From assembly GCA_026396015.1 (NCBI GenBank), contig JAPLXP010000004.1:1546-65545 (forward strand): a stretch of DNA of 64,000 nt, read 5' to 3'. Below, in pieces: positions 48,001-57,496 of this stretch (positions within the stretch are counted from its first letter, which is position 1; each line of letters starts with the position of its first letter). A model generated the notes under the pieces. It was not told the origin of the DNA. It saw only the letters and a list, made by a program, of their open reading frames with translations, and did no database searches. The stretch comes from Candidatus Nomurabacteria bacterium (GTDB lineage: Bacteria > Patescibacteriota > Minisyncoccia > Phycocordibacterales > UBA9973). A program made the position numbers and the translations under genes.

Positions 48001-49701
48001 TTAAATTACTTCATTTTGATAACATTTTTTACAAAAAATAACAGGTGCACTCTCTAATGTGTAATGCGTCCTAAAATTTATACCACATTTATCACACACC
48101 CTATCTTTTAATGACATATTGTCTACCCATAGATTAAACTTCTTATTTATTCTACAAAAATGACATTCTCTGGGGATTGGCAAATTCATCTTTTTCAAGA
48201 AAGAATATTCCTGCCCTATGATTCTATACCCTTTTGAACACTCTCTGCAAGATATTATCTCTTTCAAAATATCTTCACCTACTTCATTGATATCATCTTT
48301 TAAATCAGACCAATCTAGACTTATACTATGATCATTTGAGTTGTCCTTCTCAAAATTTAAACCATAATCTTTTATATCTTTTTCTGAAAGTTTATTGAAA
48401 AATTGTGCAAGTGTCTTGTTATAAGCAAACGGTGATATTTCCATTGGGAAGAATTCACCGTATTTATATACATGACCCAAACTATTGATATAAGGAACAT
48501 CATTCATCTGAATTTTTATTTTTTCCATCAACTCAAAATATTGGTCTTTACTATACTCTTTATTCAAGATGACGTACTTACCATTGCGTACAGACACTCC
48601 ACCAAAAACATACGATGATCCAAAAACTAATTTTGAATATTCGATATCCATACTCCCAATACCCGTTTCTTGAGTAAACTTTAGGTTTGAGGCATTCTCC
48701 CCAATATTATTCCCTTCATATGAAGAAGAAAGATTTCCTCCCCAGCTTGATATATCATATACATCTCGAACTGGCTTGTTGTACAACATCAAAAGGAATT
48801 TACCATTCTCTACTCCAGTCACGTCATAGCACTCCTTACAATTCTTTGAATCAAAAACATAGCTACCAGTATGATCCACTGACATATCGTCATATGCTGG
48901 CTTTGGTATTTGAGTCTTCCAAAAAATATTAGAATCTTCCTCTAATTTTTTATATCCAGACCATGTATTTATTTTTAAAGATTCTTTTATTTGTAAGTAT
49001 TCCTCTCTAGAATATTGTTGATTAAAAATACAATATTTTTTATTTTTCAAATTAGTACAGCCAATACAATCAGTACAATTATCGCAATCCCTACAGAAAA
49101 AACAATCCAAATTAAATCTAGCATTACCTCTTGTTCCTACACATCCATTACTCTTAAAAATATTCATGCAGTCATAGCATGAATCACAATTCATAACCAT
49201 GGAGCAATCGACAACGTCTTTGTTCCCAGTGACTAGTACACCATAGGCAGAATTCTCGTTGTAGCTAGTCAAAAAAGTCAGGTAACAATTTTTTAAATCT
49301 TGTGCATGATTATTATATGGTGAACCATTTGTAGTACTAGTATTAATAGAAAGACCACATAATGGAGTTGATTTCAATAAACTAGAAAACTGATCAAGGA
49401 AACTTTTTGTTTCATCAAAATCTATACCATAATCTCGCCAATCCCATTTATCACCCCACCAGCATTTTGGGCAGTACACAGTATATTCAGAATCTGGACT
49501 GTACATAGATATAAAATTTTCATTACACAAATCACACTCTCTTTTATATAAATTCAATAGATTCATCCATGCTAGTCTACGGACACGTCTGCAATCCGGG
49601 CAAAAAGTCGGAGCAGGAACACCCATCTTTTTATAAAATGAAAAATCATCAGGTTCGATGTTGAAATCTTTTTTACAATTCTGACAGTTTTTTGTTTCCA
49701 T
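48001..49701 (-). CDS. large Cys-rich multi-zinc-ribbon protein (paralogue 2)
   Basis: METKNCQNCKKDFNIEPDDFSFY... is the same architecture as paralogue 1, with ~40% identity. Confidence 0.55.
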   Translation of the reverse strand: METKNCQNCKKDFNIEPDDFSFYKKMGVPAPTFCPDCRRVRRLAWMNLLNLYKRECDLCNENFISMYSPDSEYTVYCPKCWWGDKWDWRDYGIDFDETKSFLDQFSSLLKSTPLCGLSINTSTTNGSPYNNHAQDLKNCYLTFLTSYNENSAYGVLVTGNKDVVDCSMVMNCDSCYDCMNIFKSNGCVGTRGNARFNLDCFFCRDCDNCTDCIGCTNLKNKKYCIFNQQYSREEYLQIKESLKINTWSGYKKLEEDSNIFWKTQIPKPAYDDMSVDHTGSYVFDSKNCKECYDVTGVENGKFLLMLYNKPVRDVYDISSWGGNLSSSYEGNNIGENASNLKFTQETGIGSMDIEYSKLVFGSSYVFGGVSVRNGKYVILNKEYSKDQYFELMEKIKIQMNDVPYINSLGHVYKYGEFFPMEISPFAYNKTLAQFFNKLSEKDIKDYGLNFEKDNSNDHSISLDWSDLKDDINEVGEDILKEIISCRECSKGYRIIGQEYSFLKKMNLPIPRECHFCRINKKFNLWVDNMSLKDRVCDKCGINFRTHYTLESAPVIFCKKCYQNEVI

Positions 49702-49713
49702 ATTTTAGATTTC

Positions 49714-49747
49714 GACATTCTCACATTCTTGAGAATGTCCGAATGTC
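49714..49747. promoter_or_regulatory. 34-bp palindrome (copy 3), 13 nt upstream of Cys-rich paralogue 2 start
   Basis: GACATTCTCACATTCTTGAGAATGTCCGAATGTC. Confidence 0.55.
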
Positions 49748-49758
49748 ATTTTTTATTT

Positions 49759-51237
49759 TTAGATTAGAGGTTCGGAGGGTTTTTGTTCTACTACATCTAC
49801 ATTACCTTCTGACCCTTCCTCGCCTTTACCTTTTCTCATAATAGCGGCCTTTTCTTGTGCTGATCGTACTATAGTATTTTCCTCCTCTTCAATCAACCTC
49901 TGGGCATCACCCATAGGAATAGCGAATTTATGTCGTGATGAAGCGATAACCTCTGCTCTATATGATGGATGTGTCGGTGGGAGCACGCGAAGAGTCTCGG
50001 CAGAAAATGGGTCATAGCTCTCGCCATCAATAGTCATCTTGATATAGAATTCTCCGACACCTAGATTGATCATGTCTTTGACGTCGAAAATCGGTGCAAA
50101 TTCAGGCTTCAATTTTACAGCATCATCACCTCCTACACGGAAAGAAATAATAGAACCCACGTTACCGAGTACTGCCTGCTGAACCTTTGGCAATAGCTGG
50201 CCTACGTATTGATGCGCCATAGTCAGATTCAGTCCGTACTTGCGAGCCTCGGAAAGAATATTTTCAAATGTATCTGTCACAATATTTTGGAACTCATCGA
50301 CGTACAGATAAAAATCCTTTCTTTCTGAATTGGGAAGTTTTGCACGGGCCATACCAGCCTGCTTGATCTTGGTGATGAACATCGCACCAAAGAATGAAGA
50401 GTTCTCCTCACCTATGCGACCCTTGGAAAGGTTAATCAAAATAATCTTCTGCCCATTCATCAATCTCTCGATATCTATTTTATTTTCTTTTTGTCCAAAA
50501 ATATTGCGGAGCATCGGATCAGACAGGAATTGTCCTAGCTTGTTCACAAGCGGGATGATAGCATCAGTGTCGAATTTTTCGGACCAGTCCGCGAATTCAA
50601 TAGCCCAGAATCTCTTGACCATGTCGTCCTCGATATATTCGACTACTTTTTGACGATAATTTCTGTCTGTCAGCATCGAGATCATCCCACGCATAGTAGC
50701 GTGCGGATAGTCGAGCAGTGCGAGTACTGTAAAGCGAAATACGTGCTCGAGACGTGGAGTCCAGTTCGCACCGAATTGCTTGCGCAATACCTCGATCAAC
50801 CCCTGAGTGAGTTGATGCTTGAAGGTCGGATCCACATTCGATAATGGATTGAATGATGCAGGATATTCTACGTCACCTGGATCTAGAATACACACATCTT
50901 CGATGCGTTCCTTGGGTACGAAATCTAAAATATCATCGATGAACTCTCCGTGCGGATCAATTACACACACACCATAGCCGTAGGCTATATCCTGGCGAAC
51001 CATGAGTTCTTGAATCTTGGACTTACCTACTCCTGATTTACCTATGATATACAGATGGCGGCGGCGATCTACACGCTTGATACCAAAGACGAATTTCTTC
51101 TCTTCCAATGATGCCACATAATTTGTACGGCCGATAAATGACACATCAAGTGGATCATCTTTACCTAGTACTGGTAGATCTGGTGGTGGTGGAGCGTATT
51201 TAACTATTTGAATTTTATTTGGCTTGTTGAAAGACAT
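49759..51237 (-). CDS. TraG/VirD4-like P-loop ATPase (paralogue of 42575..44938, no C-terminal extension)
   Basis: GKSGVGKS, VIDPHGE, and YLYVDEFQN. The ~300-aa core aligns with the 787-aa paralogue. Confidence 0.6.
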   Translation of the reverse strand: MSFNKPNKIQIVKYAPPPPDLPVLGKDDPLDVSFIGRTNYVASLEEKKFVFGIKRVDRRRHLYIIGKSGVGKSKIQELMVRQDIAYGYGVCVIDPHGEFIDDILDFVPKERIEDVCILDPGDVEYPASFNPLSNVDPTFKHQLTQGLIEVLRKQFGANWTPRLEHVFRFTVLALLDYPHATMRGMISMLTDRNYRQKVVEYIEDDMVKRFWAIEFADWSEKFDTDAIIPLVNKLGQFLSDPMLRNIFGQKENKIDIERLMNGQKIILINLSKGRIGEENSSFFGAMFITKIKQAGMARAKLPNSERKDFYLYVDEFQNIVTDTFENILSEARKYGLNLTMAHQYVGQLLPKVQQAVLGNVGSIISFRVGGDDAVKLKPEFAPIFDVKDMINLGVGEFYIKMTIDGESYDPFSAETLRVLPPTHPSYRAEVIASSRHKFAIPMGDAQRLIEEEENTIVRSAQEKAAIMRKGKGEEGSEGNVDVVEQKPSEPLI

Positions 51238-51313
51238 ATATAAATATATTGTAGCAAATTAGTAATAAAAAAAGTACCCCTAATAGAGTACTTTTATTTT
51301 GAGTTTGCAAAAA

Positions 51314-51814
51314 TTACATTTTAACTACCGAAGAAAAAGGTAAAACTTTTTGAAGTCTAATCATCTGTGCTTCATTTAAAAAATCTGCATTAATTTCAAA
51401 TATATGGTAATCCCTAGAATCGAGTTCATTGTCGACACCGGAACCAAAATTTGAAATACGGAATTGACCATGATCAATGACAGCTCTTGATTTATGTGAC
51501 CCCGTCTGTTCTTGAAAATCTTCCATAAAATGACCCAGATGAGTATTGTGCTTTACAAGGATGAATCTCAAAAGTGGTGCATCGTCATCTGACAACATAA
51601 CAATAAATTCTTCTTTCAAATCACAATGATGTGAGATAGAGCTGTCTACTGTATGAAAGATTCCAGCATGAATGTTTGCAGGATAGCTCACAATTCTCAA
51701 ACCTATTCGTTTTTCAGAATTTGCGATAATTGCGTCTTTTAATTCCCTGTGTTCAGGGGTCTTGCCTTCTTTTGAAATAAAGGCAGCAGAAAGTTCAGTT
51801 TTCTTTTTTAGCAT
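51314..51814 (-). CDS. hypothetical protein
   Basis: 166-aa His-rich ORF with a terminator hairpin at 51270-51300. Confidence 0.4.
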   Translation of the reverse strand: MLKKKTELSAAFISKEGKTPEHRELKDAIIANSEKRIGLRIVSYPANIHAGIFHTVDSSISHHCDLKEEFIVMLSDDDAPLLRFILVKHNTHLGHFMEDFQEQTGSHKSRAVIDHGQFRISNFGSGVDNELDSRDYHIFEINADFLNEAQMIRLQKVLPFSSVVKM

Positions 51815-51915
51815 AATTTTAGATTTATTTATTTTTTACGAAAAAATTTCTATACAGTATACTCCAAACTCACACTATGTCAATCAATAAAAAAATAGTA
51901 TAATACCTGGTATCT

Positions 51916-53292
51916 ATGGCAAAAAAGAAAAGTATATTTGAAGATGTTCTAGAAGCTCCATCCATAGCACTCGAAAAGACTGCAGAAATGGCTGAAAAAA
52001 TAGAGCACTCAATCACAGATCAGAAAATTATTAAAGGTAGCGGAGATTATTTTAAAAAATTAGGGCCAGGCCTAGTATCTGGGGCAGCAGATGATGATCC
52101 ATCTGGTATCGCCACATATTCACAGACAGGTGCGCAATATGGCACGTCACTACTATGGCTCGCAGCTTGGACATTCCCATTGATGGCTGTAATACAAGAG
52201 ATGTGTGCACGTATTGCACTTGTGACGGGTCGTGGTTTAGCTTCTAATATCAAAAGCAATTATTCAAAGAAAATTCTCTACTTTTGTACAGCCCTCCTAT
52301 TCCTAGCAAACACTTTGAACATCGGAGCTGATCTAGGTGCTATGGCAAAGGCTATCCAGCTAATCTTGCCAATGCTGAATTTTACGTCGCTCATAATCAT
52401 CATCGGACTATTTGGATTATTACTCCAAGTATTCATCCCTTATCAAAAATACGCTGGTTATTTAAAATGGCTATCTATAGCACTGCTATCCTACGTAGCT
52501 ACAGGCATCATCATACATATGGATTGGAGTGTGCTACTGCACGATGCATTCATCCCGAATATGCACTTTGGAAAGAGTGAAATACTACTAGTAGTCGGAA
52601 TACTAGGAACTACAATATCCCCTTACCTATTCTTTTGGGAGACTGGTCAGGAGGTAGAAGAACAAATAGCCGAAGGCAAGACTACAGCACTATCACGAAA
52701 AGGTACAAATGATGAGGAGATCAAAAAAATGCGTATCGATATATGGAGTGGGATGTTCCTCTCAAATATTGTGATGTTCTTTATCATCGCAGTATGTGCT
52801 ACTACATTATTTAAAAATGGAATTACCAATATCGGCACAGCAGCAGACGCAGCGCAAGCTCTAGCACCCCTAGCAGGCCAATGGGCATTCCTATTATTTA
52901 CAATCGGAATCATCGGCACTGGAATGCTAGCAATACCGGTACTCGCAGGATCTACATCATATGCGATATCAGAATGTTTTGGATGGAAGGAGGGGTTATA
53001 CAGAAAGCTCAACGAGGCTCGTGCATTCTACGGAGTTATAATTATATCGACAATATTAGGCATAGCAATAAACTTTATAGGAATAGATCCAATCAAGGCG
53101 CTAATCTACTCTGCGATATTCAACGGAATGGTGGCTCCAGTGATACTATTCTTTATCGTCCGCCTCAGTAGTAACCACAAGATAATGGGTAAATACAAAA
53201 ACTCAAAATTATCAAGTGCTGTTGGGTGGTTCATTATGATCATCATGAAGATAGCATCAGTAGCAGCGATGATATCACTCATATTTGGATAA
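51916..53292 (+). CDS. mntH: NRAMP-family divalent metal transporter
   Basis: GPGLVSGAADDDPSGIATYSQTGAQYG consensus. About 11 transmembrane helices. Confidence 0.85.
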   Translation: MAKKKSIFEDVLEAPSIALEKTAEMAEKIEHSITDQKIIKGSGDYFKKLGPGLVSGAADDDPSGIATYSQTGAQYGTSLLWLAAWTFPLMAVIQEMCARIALVTGRGLASNIKSNYSKKILYFCTALLFLANTLNIGADLGAMAKAIQLILPMLNFTSLIIIIGLFGLLLQVFIPYQKYAGYLKWLSIALLSYVATGIIIHMDWSVLLHDAFIPNMHFGKSEILLVVGILGTTISPYLFFWETGQEVEEQIAEGKTTALSRKGTNDEEIKKMRIDIWSGMFLSNIVMFFIIAVCATTLFKNGITNIGTAADAAQALAPLAGQWAFLLFTIGIIGTGMLAIPVLAGSTSYAISECFGWKEGLYRKLNEARAFYGVIIISTILGIAINFIGIDPIKALIYSAIFNGMVAPVILFFIVRLSSNHKIMGKYKNSKLSSAVGWFIMIIMKIASVAAMISLIFG

Positions 53293-53330
53293 AATAAAAA
53301 GAGATGCGTTATGCATCTCTTTTTATTTCT
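53293..53330. terminator. bidirectional terminator
   Basis: AGAGATGCgttaGCATCTCT. Confidence 0.65.
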
Positions 53331-53715
53331 TAAAAATTTTATTTGTGAACCAAAATGCGACACTTCCGAGCATACCTGCGAAGATATCTGTCAGCGTATC
53401 ATTCAAATCTCCACCACTGAACCAATGCACAATCCATCGTGGAGCAAATAATGTCGAGCATCGCTCTGCATACTCCCAGAATACTGCGACTAAGCATGTG
53501 GCTGCCACTACTATAATAAATTTTTTGAATGAAGTCATAGATAAATCCTTTAAAGAAAAAAACATATAAAAAAACCACCCCAGAGCCACCCCTCCCATAA
53601 AATGGAAAACTTTATCTATGTGTGGGAATTTTGTATATAAATCAAAAATATCAGAGAAATAAACTCCGACGAGAAAGATAACTATTCCAAGAAAAATTGG
53701 ATACAAGTATTTCAA
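53323..53715 (-). CDS. hypothetical membrane protein (VanZ/DUF2238-like)
   Basis: Four hydrophobic segments. Its start is 2 nt from the tRNA-Cys 3' end. Confidence 0.4.
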   Translation of the reverse strand: MKYLYPIFLGIVIFLVGVYFSDIFDLYTKFPHIDKVFHFMGGVALGWFFYMFFSLKDLSMTSFKKFIIVVAATCLVAVFWEYAERCSTLFAPRWIVHWFSGGDLNDTLTDIFAGMLGSVAFWFTNKIFKK

Positions 53716-53716
53716 G

Positions 53717-53789
53717 TGGACCGTACAGGACTCGAACCTGCCACCCCGTCATTGCAAATGACGTGCTCTACCAGATGAGCTAACGGCCC
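53717..53789 (-). tRNA. tRNA-Cys (GCA)
   Basis: Reverse complement is GGGCCGT TA GCTC ATCTGGTA GAGC A CGTCA TTTGCAA TGACG ..GCAGG TTCGAGT CCTGT ACGGTCC A. Confidence 0.85.
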
Positions 53790-53970
53790 AAACTAAACAT
53801 TTACTTAAACCAATTGACTTATCTATTGCCATGCATCGCGCTACAGATGAGCTAACGGCCCATGAATATCGAGTAAAAACTCAATAGACTATATATTACC
53901 TTATTTAATAATTTTTGCAACTATTTAGGCAAAAAAATAAGAGCTGCCAAATAATGACAGCTCATAATGA

Positions 53971-54414
53971 TTACTTAAACGAATACAAAGTATTAATAGC
54001 GGTTACCCCATAACTATCGCGCAATACTGAATCCATGGCGCAGAATTCATCCATACTCAATCCGTGAATATCGTACAATTTTTGGAAATCTATACCTGTT
54101 TCAAGAGTATAGACGGTTCCCACACACCAGGTATTCACAGTGGTCATGGCATGCATCTCTGTTGGCAACTGCCCTGACCAGCACACGAATTTCTTACCAT
54201 TCAGTTTAGATTCATGAATATGGAATCCATCAAGTAAATCAGATTTACCATCTATGGAAATTATTTCAAAATCATAATGAGTATGATTTGATTCCATCCA
54301 TTTTGAATAGAATTCAGGCTCAATTTGCCTGTCTTCCTTTTTTAATGATTTATGAATATTGAAACAAAATTCATAATCTTTTTCTTTTGAACTTACATTA
54401 ACTTTTCCGTACAT
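53971..54414 (-). CDS. hypothetical protein
   Basis: 147-aa ORF. Confidence 0.4.
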   Translation of the reverse strand: MYGKVNVSSKEKDYEFCFNIHKSLKKEDRQIEPEFYSKWMESNHTHYDFEIISIDGKSDLLDGFHIHESKLNGKKFVCWSGQLPTEMHAMTTVNTWCVGTVYTLETGIDFQKLYDIHGLSMDEFCAMDSVLRDSYGVTAINTLYSFK

Positions 54415-54593
54415 AATTTATTTGGTTTAAAATATTTCATTCACAATATCATATAATATTGACAATGTCAATTAATTATGCTATTATACCTATAGTTCTT
54501 TCTGTACAGAAAGATTGTCTCACGACTCCAGGGTAATCGTTGTCCCCTGTGAAAGTACAAAGAAGTTCTTTAAATTTTAATCAACATCGTACG

Positions 54594-54932
54594 ATGTCAC
54601 AAACAATTCAAATTTTAAATGGCCCCTCAAGAGAAGAGCTATTCGATGGTTTAAGACTTTTTGCCGAAAAAAGAGAAGTTGGTTTCAATCTTGAAAGCAA
54701 TGGTAGAGAAATAACATTACCATTCATTATGCAAAGCATTGAACCAGAAGACGGTAGTGGTAATTCTTGGAATACCAAAATGAATTTACATGTTGATTCA
54801 TTAGGTAAAGATTTTTACCAGATTCCACTAGAAATTAGAAAAGCTTTTTTGGGCACACCAACAAAAAAAGTAATTCAGGTAAAAACCTACTATTCAACCA
54901 AAACTAGAAAGGGTGTAATTACACTCGAGTAA
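54594..54932 (+). CDS. hypothetical protein
   Basis: Start at MSQTIQILNG. Followed by a terminator. Confidence 0.4.
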   Translation: MSQTIQILNGPSREELFDGLRLFAEKREVGFNLESNGREITLPFIMQSIEPEDGSGNSWNTKMNLHVDSLGKDFYQIPLEIRKAFLGTPTKKVIQVKTYYSTKTRKGVITLE

Positions 54933-54947
54933 AGTTTAATTTATTTT

Positions 54948-54980
54948 CAAAAACCCATCATTGCGATGGGTTTTTTATTT
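54948..54980. terminator. bidirectional terminator
   Basis: CCCATCattgcGATGGG followed by a T-run. Confidence 0.65.
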
Positions 54981-55979
54981 TCTCTCCAATGCCAATCCTA
55001 ATACATGATCTATGAATTCGGCCATATTAGACCCGATAGCATAGAGTGCACGAGGGGTTAGGGATTGATCTGTCAGACCTGGGAGAGTGTTCACTTCGAG
55101 GGCATATATCCCCCGTTCTCGTGTGACAATAAAATCACTACGTGAATAGTGTGCGAGGCCGAGCTCTTTGTGTATCAATTTTGCAAGGCGAGACAATTCA
55201 GCTTTTTCATCATGAGTAAAATTTCCAGGGCAGACCTCTTCAGACTGACCAGAATATTTTGCTTCATAGTCAAAAAAAGATTTCTTCTTTGGGATACGAA
55301 TCTCGACTGGTGGCAGACTATAGTGATCCTCTCCACGGAACCCCTCTATCACACCGACACTAGCCTCCTTACCATTTATCAATTCCTCGACAAGTAATCC
55401 CATCTTTGAATGAGCATGTTCGTGGAAGACACGTATTAGATCGTCCATGGTATGACATACATGTATGCCGATAGATGACCCAGCAGATACTGGCTTTGTG
55501 ACCCAAGATGGAGGCATATTGCGTAGTACATGCAGTGCGCATCTCTGTGCGTAAATATTTACCTCACCATCGATATCAGGCATATATACCGGAAATAACA
55601 TATGCTTTGGGGTACGAATACCAAATTGTGAAAATCGCTGCTTTGTCAGAGCTTTGTTGTAACCTACAGCAGAAGCAAAAGCACCTGATCCAGTGTATCG
55701 TACTCCAAGTTCTCCAAATAGCTGCTGTATCTTGCCATCTTCTCCGTAGTCGCCATGCAAAGCATTCCAGACTACATCGACCTTATGAATGAGCTGATGT
55801 GGATCCAGAGGCATGCCATTGATATGCCATGCACCCTCGCGATCAATCAATATATCGAGAGCTTTATATTTATCGTTTAGTTTATGTCCACGGAGATGAG
55901 ACAGGACAGAGCCACCAGTATCGAGAGATACCTTGTATTCGGGACTTATTCCACCTCGTACTACTCCGACTATTATCAT
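54975..55979 (-). CDS. ddl: D-alanine--D-alanine ligase
   Basis: ATP-grasp fold with Ddl N-terminal domain motifs (MIIVGVVRGGISPEYKVSLDTG). Confidence 0.9.
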   Translation of the reverse strand: MIIVGVVRGGISPEYKVSLDTGGSVLSHLRGHKLNDKYKALDILIDREGAWHINGMPLDPHQLIHKVDVVWNALHGDYGEDGKIQQLFGELGVRYTGSGAFASAVGYNKALTKQRFSQFGIRTPKHMLFPVYMPDIDGEVNIYAQRCALHVLRNMPPSWVTKPVSAGSSIGIHVCHTMDDLIRVFHEHAHSKMGLLVEELINGKEASVGVIEGFRGEDHYSLPPVEIRIPKKKSFFDYEAKYSGQSEEVCPGNFTHDEKAELSRLAKLIHKELGLAHYSRSDFIVTRERGIYALEVNTLPGLTDQSLTPRALYAIGSNMAEFIDHVLGLALERK

Positions 55980-56156
55980 GTATTTATTATAGCAAACAAA
56001 TAGTGAATAATAAAAAAATAGCAGAATAGTTCTTGAAAAAAGTCTTGCACAGGAGCTTAGAAAATAAATGAGTTTACGAATATTATTTTATTGAGCGACG
56101 AGCAGAGAAATTTTATACCAATAAAATATTCGTGCTTTTTAAGAGAAGCTATTCTG

Positions 56157-57341
56157 TTATTTTTTCCTCCACAAATCCCAAACATTCTTTGCGATATTGA
56201 TATGCTCGCCTTCGAGTGAGAAATAATGAAGATCTATAAATGGCATAGAATTGCATTCTATGATTCCCCATCTCTGTTCATCTGGGTCCTTTGTAGGGTC
56301 ATCTATAATCAAATCAAATCCAGCTACAGGAATATCTACGAGCTTGCCTGCACGTTCAAAATAGCTGTGCATCTTTGGATGAACCTCGGGTAGCATCTCC
56401 CGTGTATACCCACCATAGAATCTACCAGTCTTGGCAGACAGGTTCACGACTCTATCCTTCTCTATGACACTATCTAGATTTAAATTTTGTCTTTCGAGGA
56501 ATGCTAATACATCATCATTGACCTTGATGTCAGACAATAATTCATGACGACTCTTATTCTTTATATCTATTAGTTCTTGTACAGTATGAGTACCATCACC
56601 AGTGACAGATGGAGGATCCGCTCGGAAGAATCCTACGAGCTTGCCATCTACTACAGTGGCACGATATACAGATCCAAATAAATGCTCCTCTACTACGACG
56701 ACAGGTGCTATAACATGAGCCAAGCTTAAAGCATCACGTAATTCTTTTTCAGTATTTATATTTGTAGTAGTATGACGTCCGCGTGATCCAGAGCGTGGCT
56801 TGATAATCACAGGCTTACTCAAGCTATTAAAAGCTCGCAACGCAGATCCGTATGTCATCGCTTCTTTTGTCTTTGGGGCTGGGATACCCTCTGCTATTAA
56901 TTTTTCTGACAATATAAATTTATTATCAACCCATAGATACCCGCTCCTAGGTAGGTGTAACGGAACAGGAAGACTTTCAAAATTAAAATATTTTCCATCA
57001 ATAAGGGCACGATAAGATTCAATAGGTTTACCAAAAACTAAAACTTGTTCCATCTTTATTCCTCGCTCTTCTGCTTCGTCCCAGATAAGTCGTGATCTGC
57101 CAGTGATGGCTTTTTCTTTATCTGAGCTATAACTAATTATTTTTAAAATTCGAGCGAGAGATGAAATAATTCTTTCTGAATATTTAAATAGTGGGTGAGA
57201 TTCATTTACAGCAAAAACTTTCAAAGAGTATCGACCGAGTCGACCAATAGTCTCTTCTAGTATTCCAGTAGTGAGGAGCAATCTATGACTTACATCACTA
57301 GTACCGCAAGCACTGCATTTTATTTTTCCGGTGTATTTCAT
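56157..57341 (-). CDS. ATP-grasp domain protein (RimK/cyanophycin-synthetase-like) with N-terminal CxxC
   Basis: KPRSGSRGRHT and an ATP-grasp C-terminal half. Adjacent to ddl. Confidence 0.55.
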   Translation of the reverse strand: MKYTGKIKCSACGTSDVSHRLLLTTGILEETIGRLGRYSLKVFAVNESHPLFKYSERIISSLARILKIISYSSDKEKAITGRSRLIWDEAEERGIKMEQVLVFGKPIESYRALIDGKYFNFESLPVPLHLPRSGYLWVDNKFILSEKLIAEGIPAPKTKEAMTYGSALRAFNSLSKPVIIKPRSGSRGRHTTTNINTEKELRDALSLAHVIAPVVVVEEHLFGSVYRATVVDGKLVGFFRADPPSVTGDGTHTVQELIDIKNKSRHELLSDIKVNDDVLAFLERQNLNLDSVIEKDRVVNLSAKTGRFYGGYTREMLPEVHPKMHSYFERAGKLVDIPVAGFDLIIDDPTKDPDEQRWGIIECNSMPFIDLHYFSLEGEHINIAKNVWDLWRKK

Positions 57342-57496
57342 ATATAAACAAAAAAATCCAAAAAACAGAGATAGAAAGCTGTTTTTTGGATTTTTTCTTT
57401 TTAGTGTCCTCCGAGTATCATAATATAACTTGTAAATTAAGTACTAATGAATCGACTACGTATATTATAACATAGCGTTTTTAAATACCACAAGCC

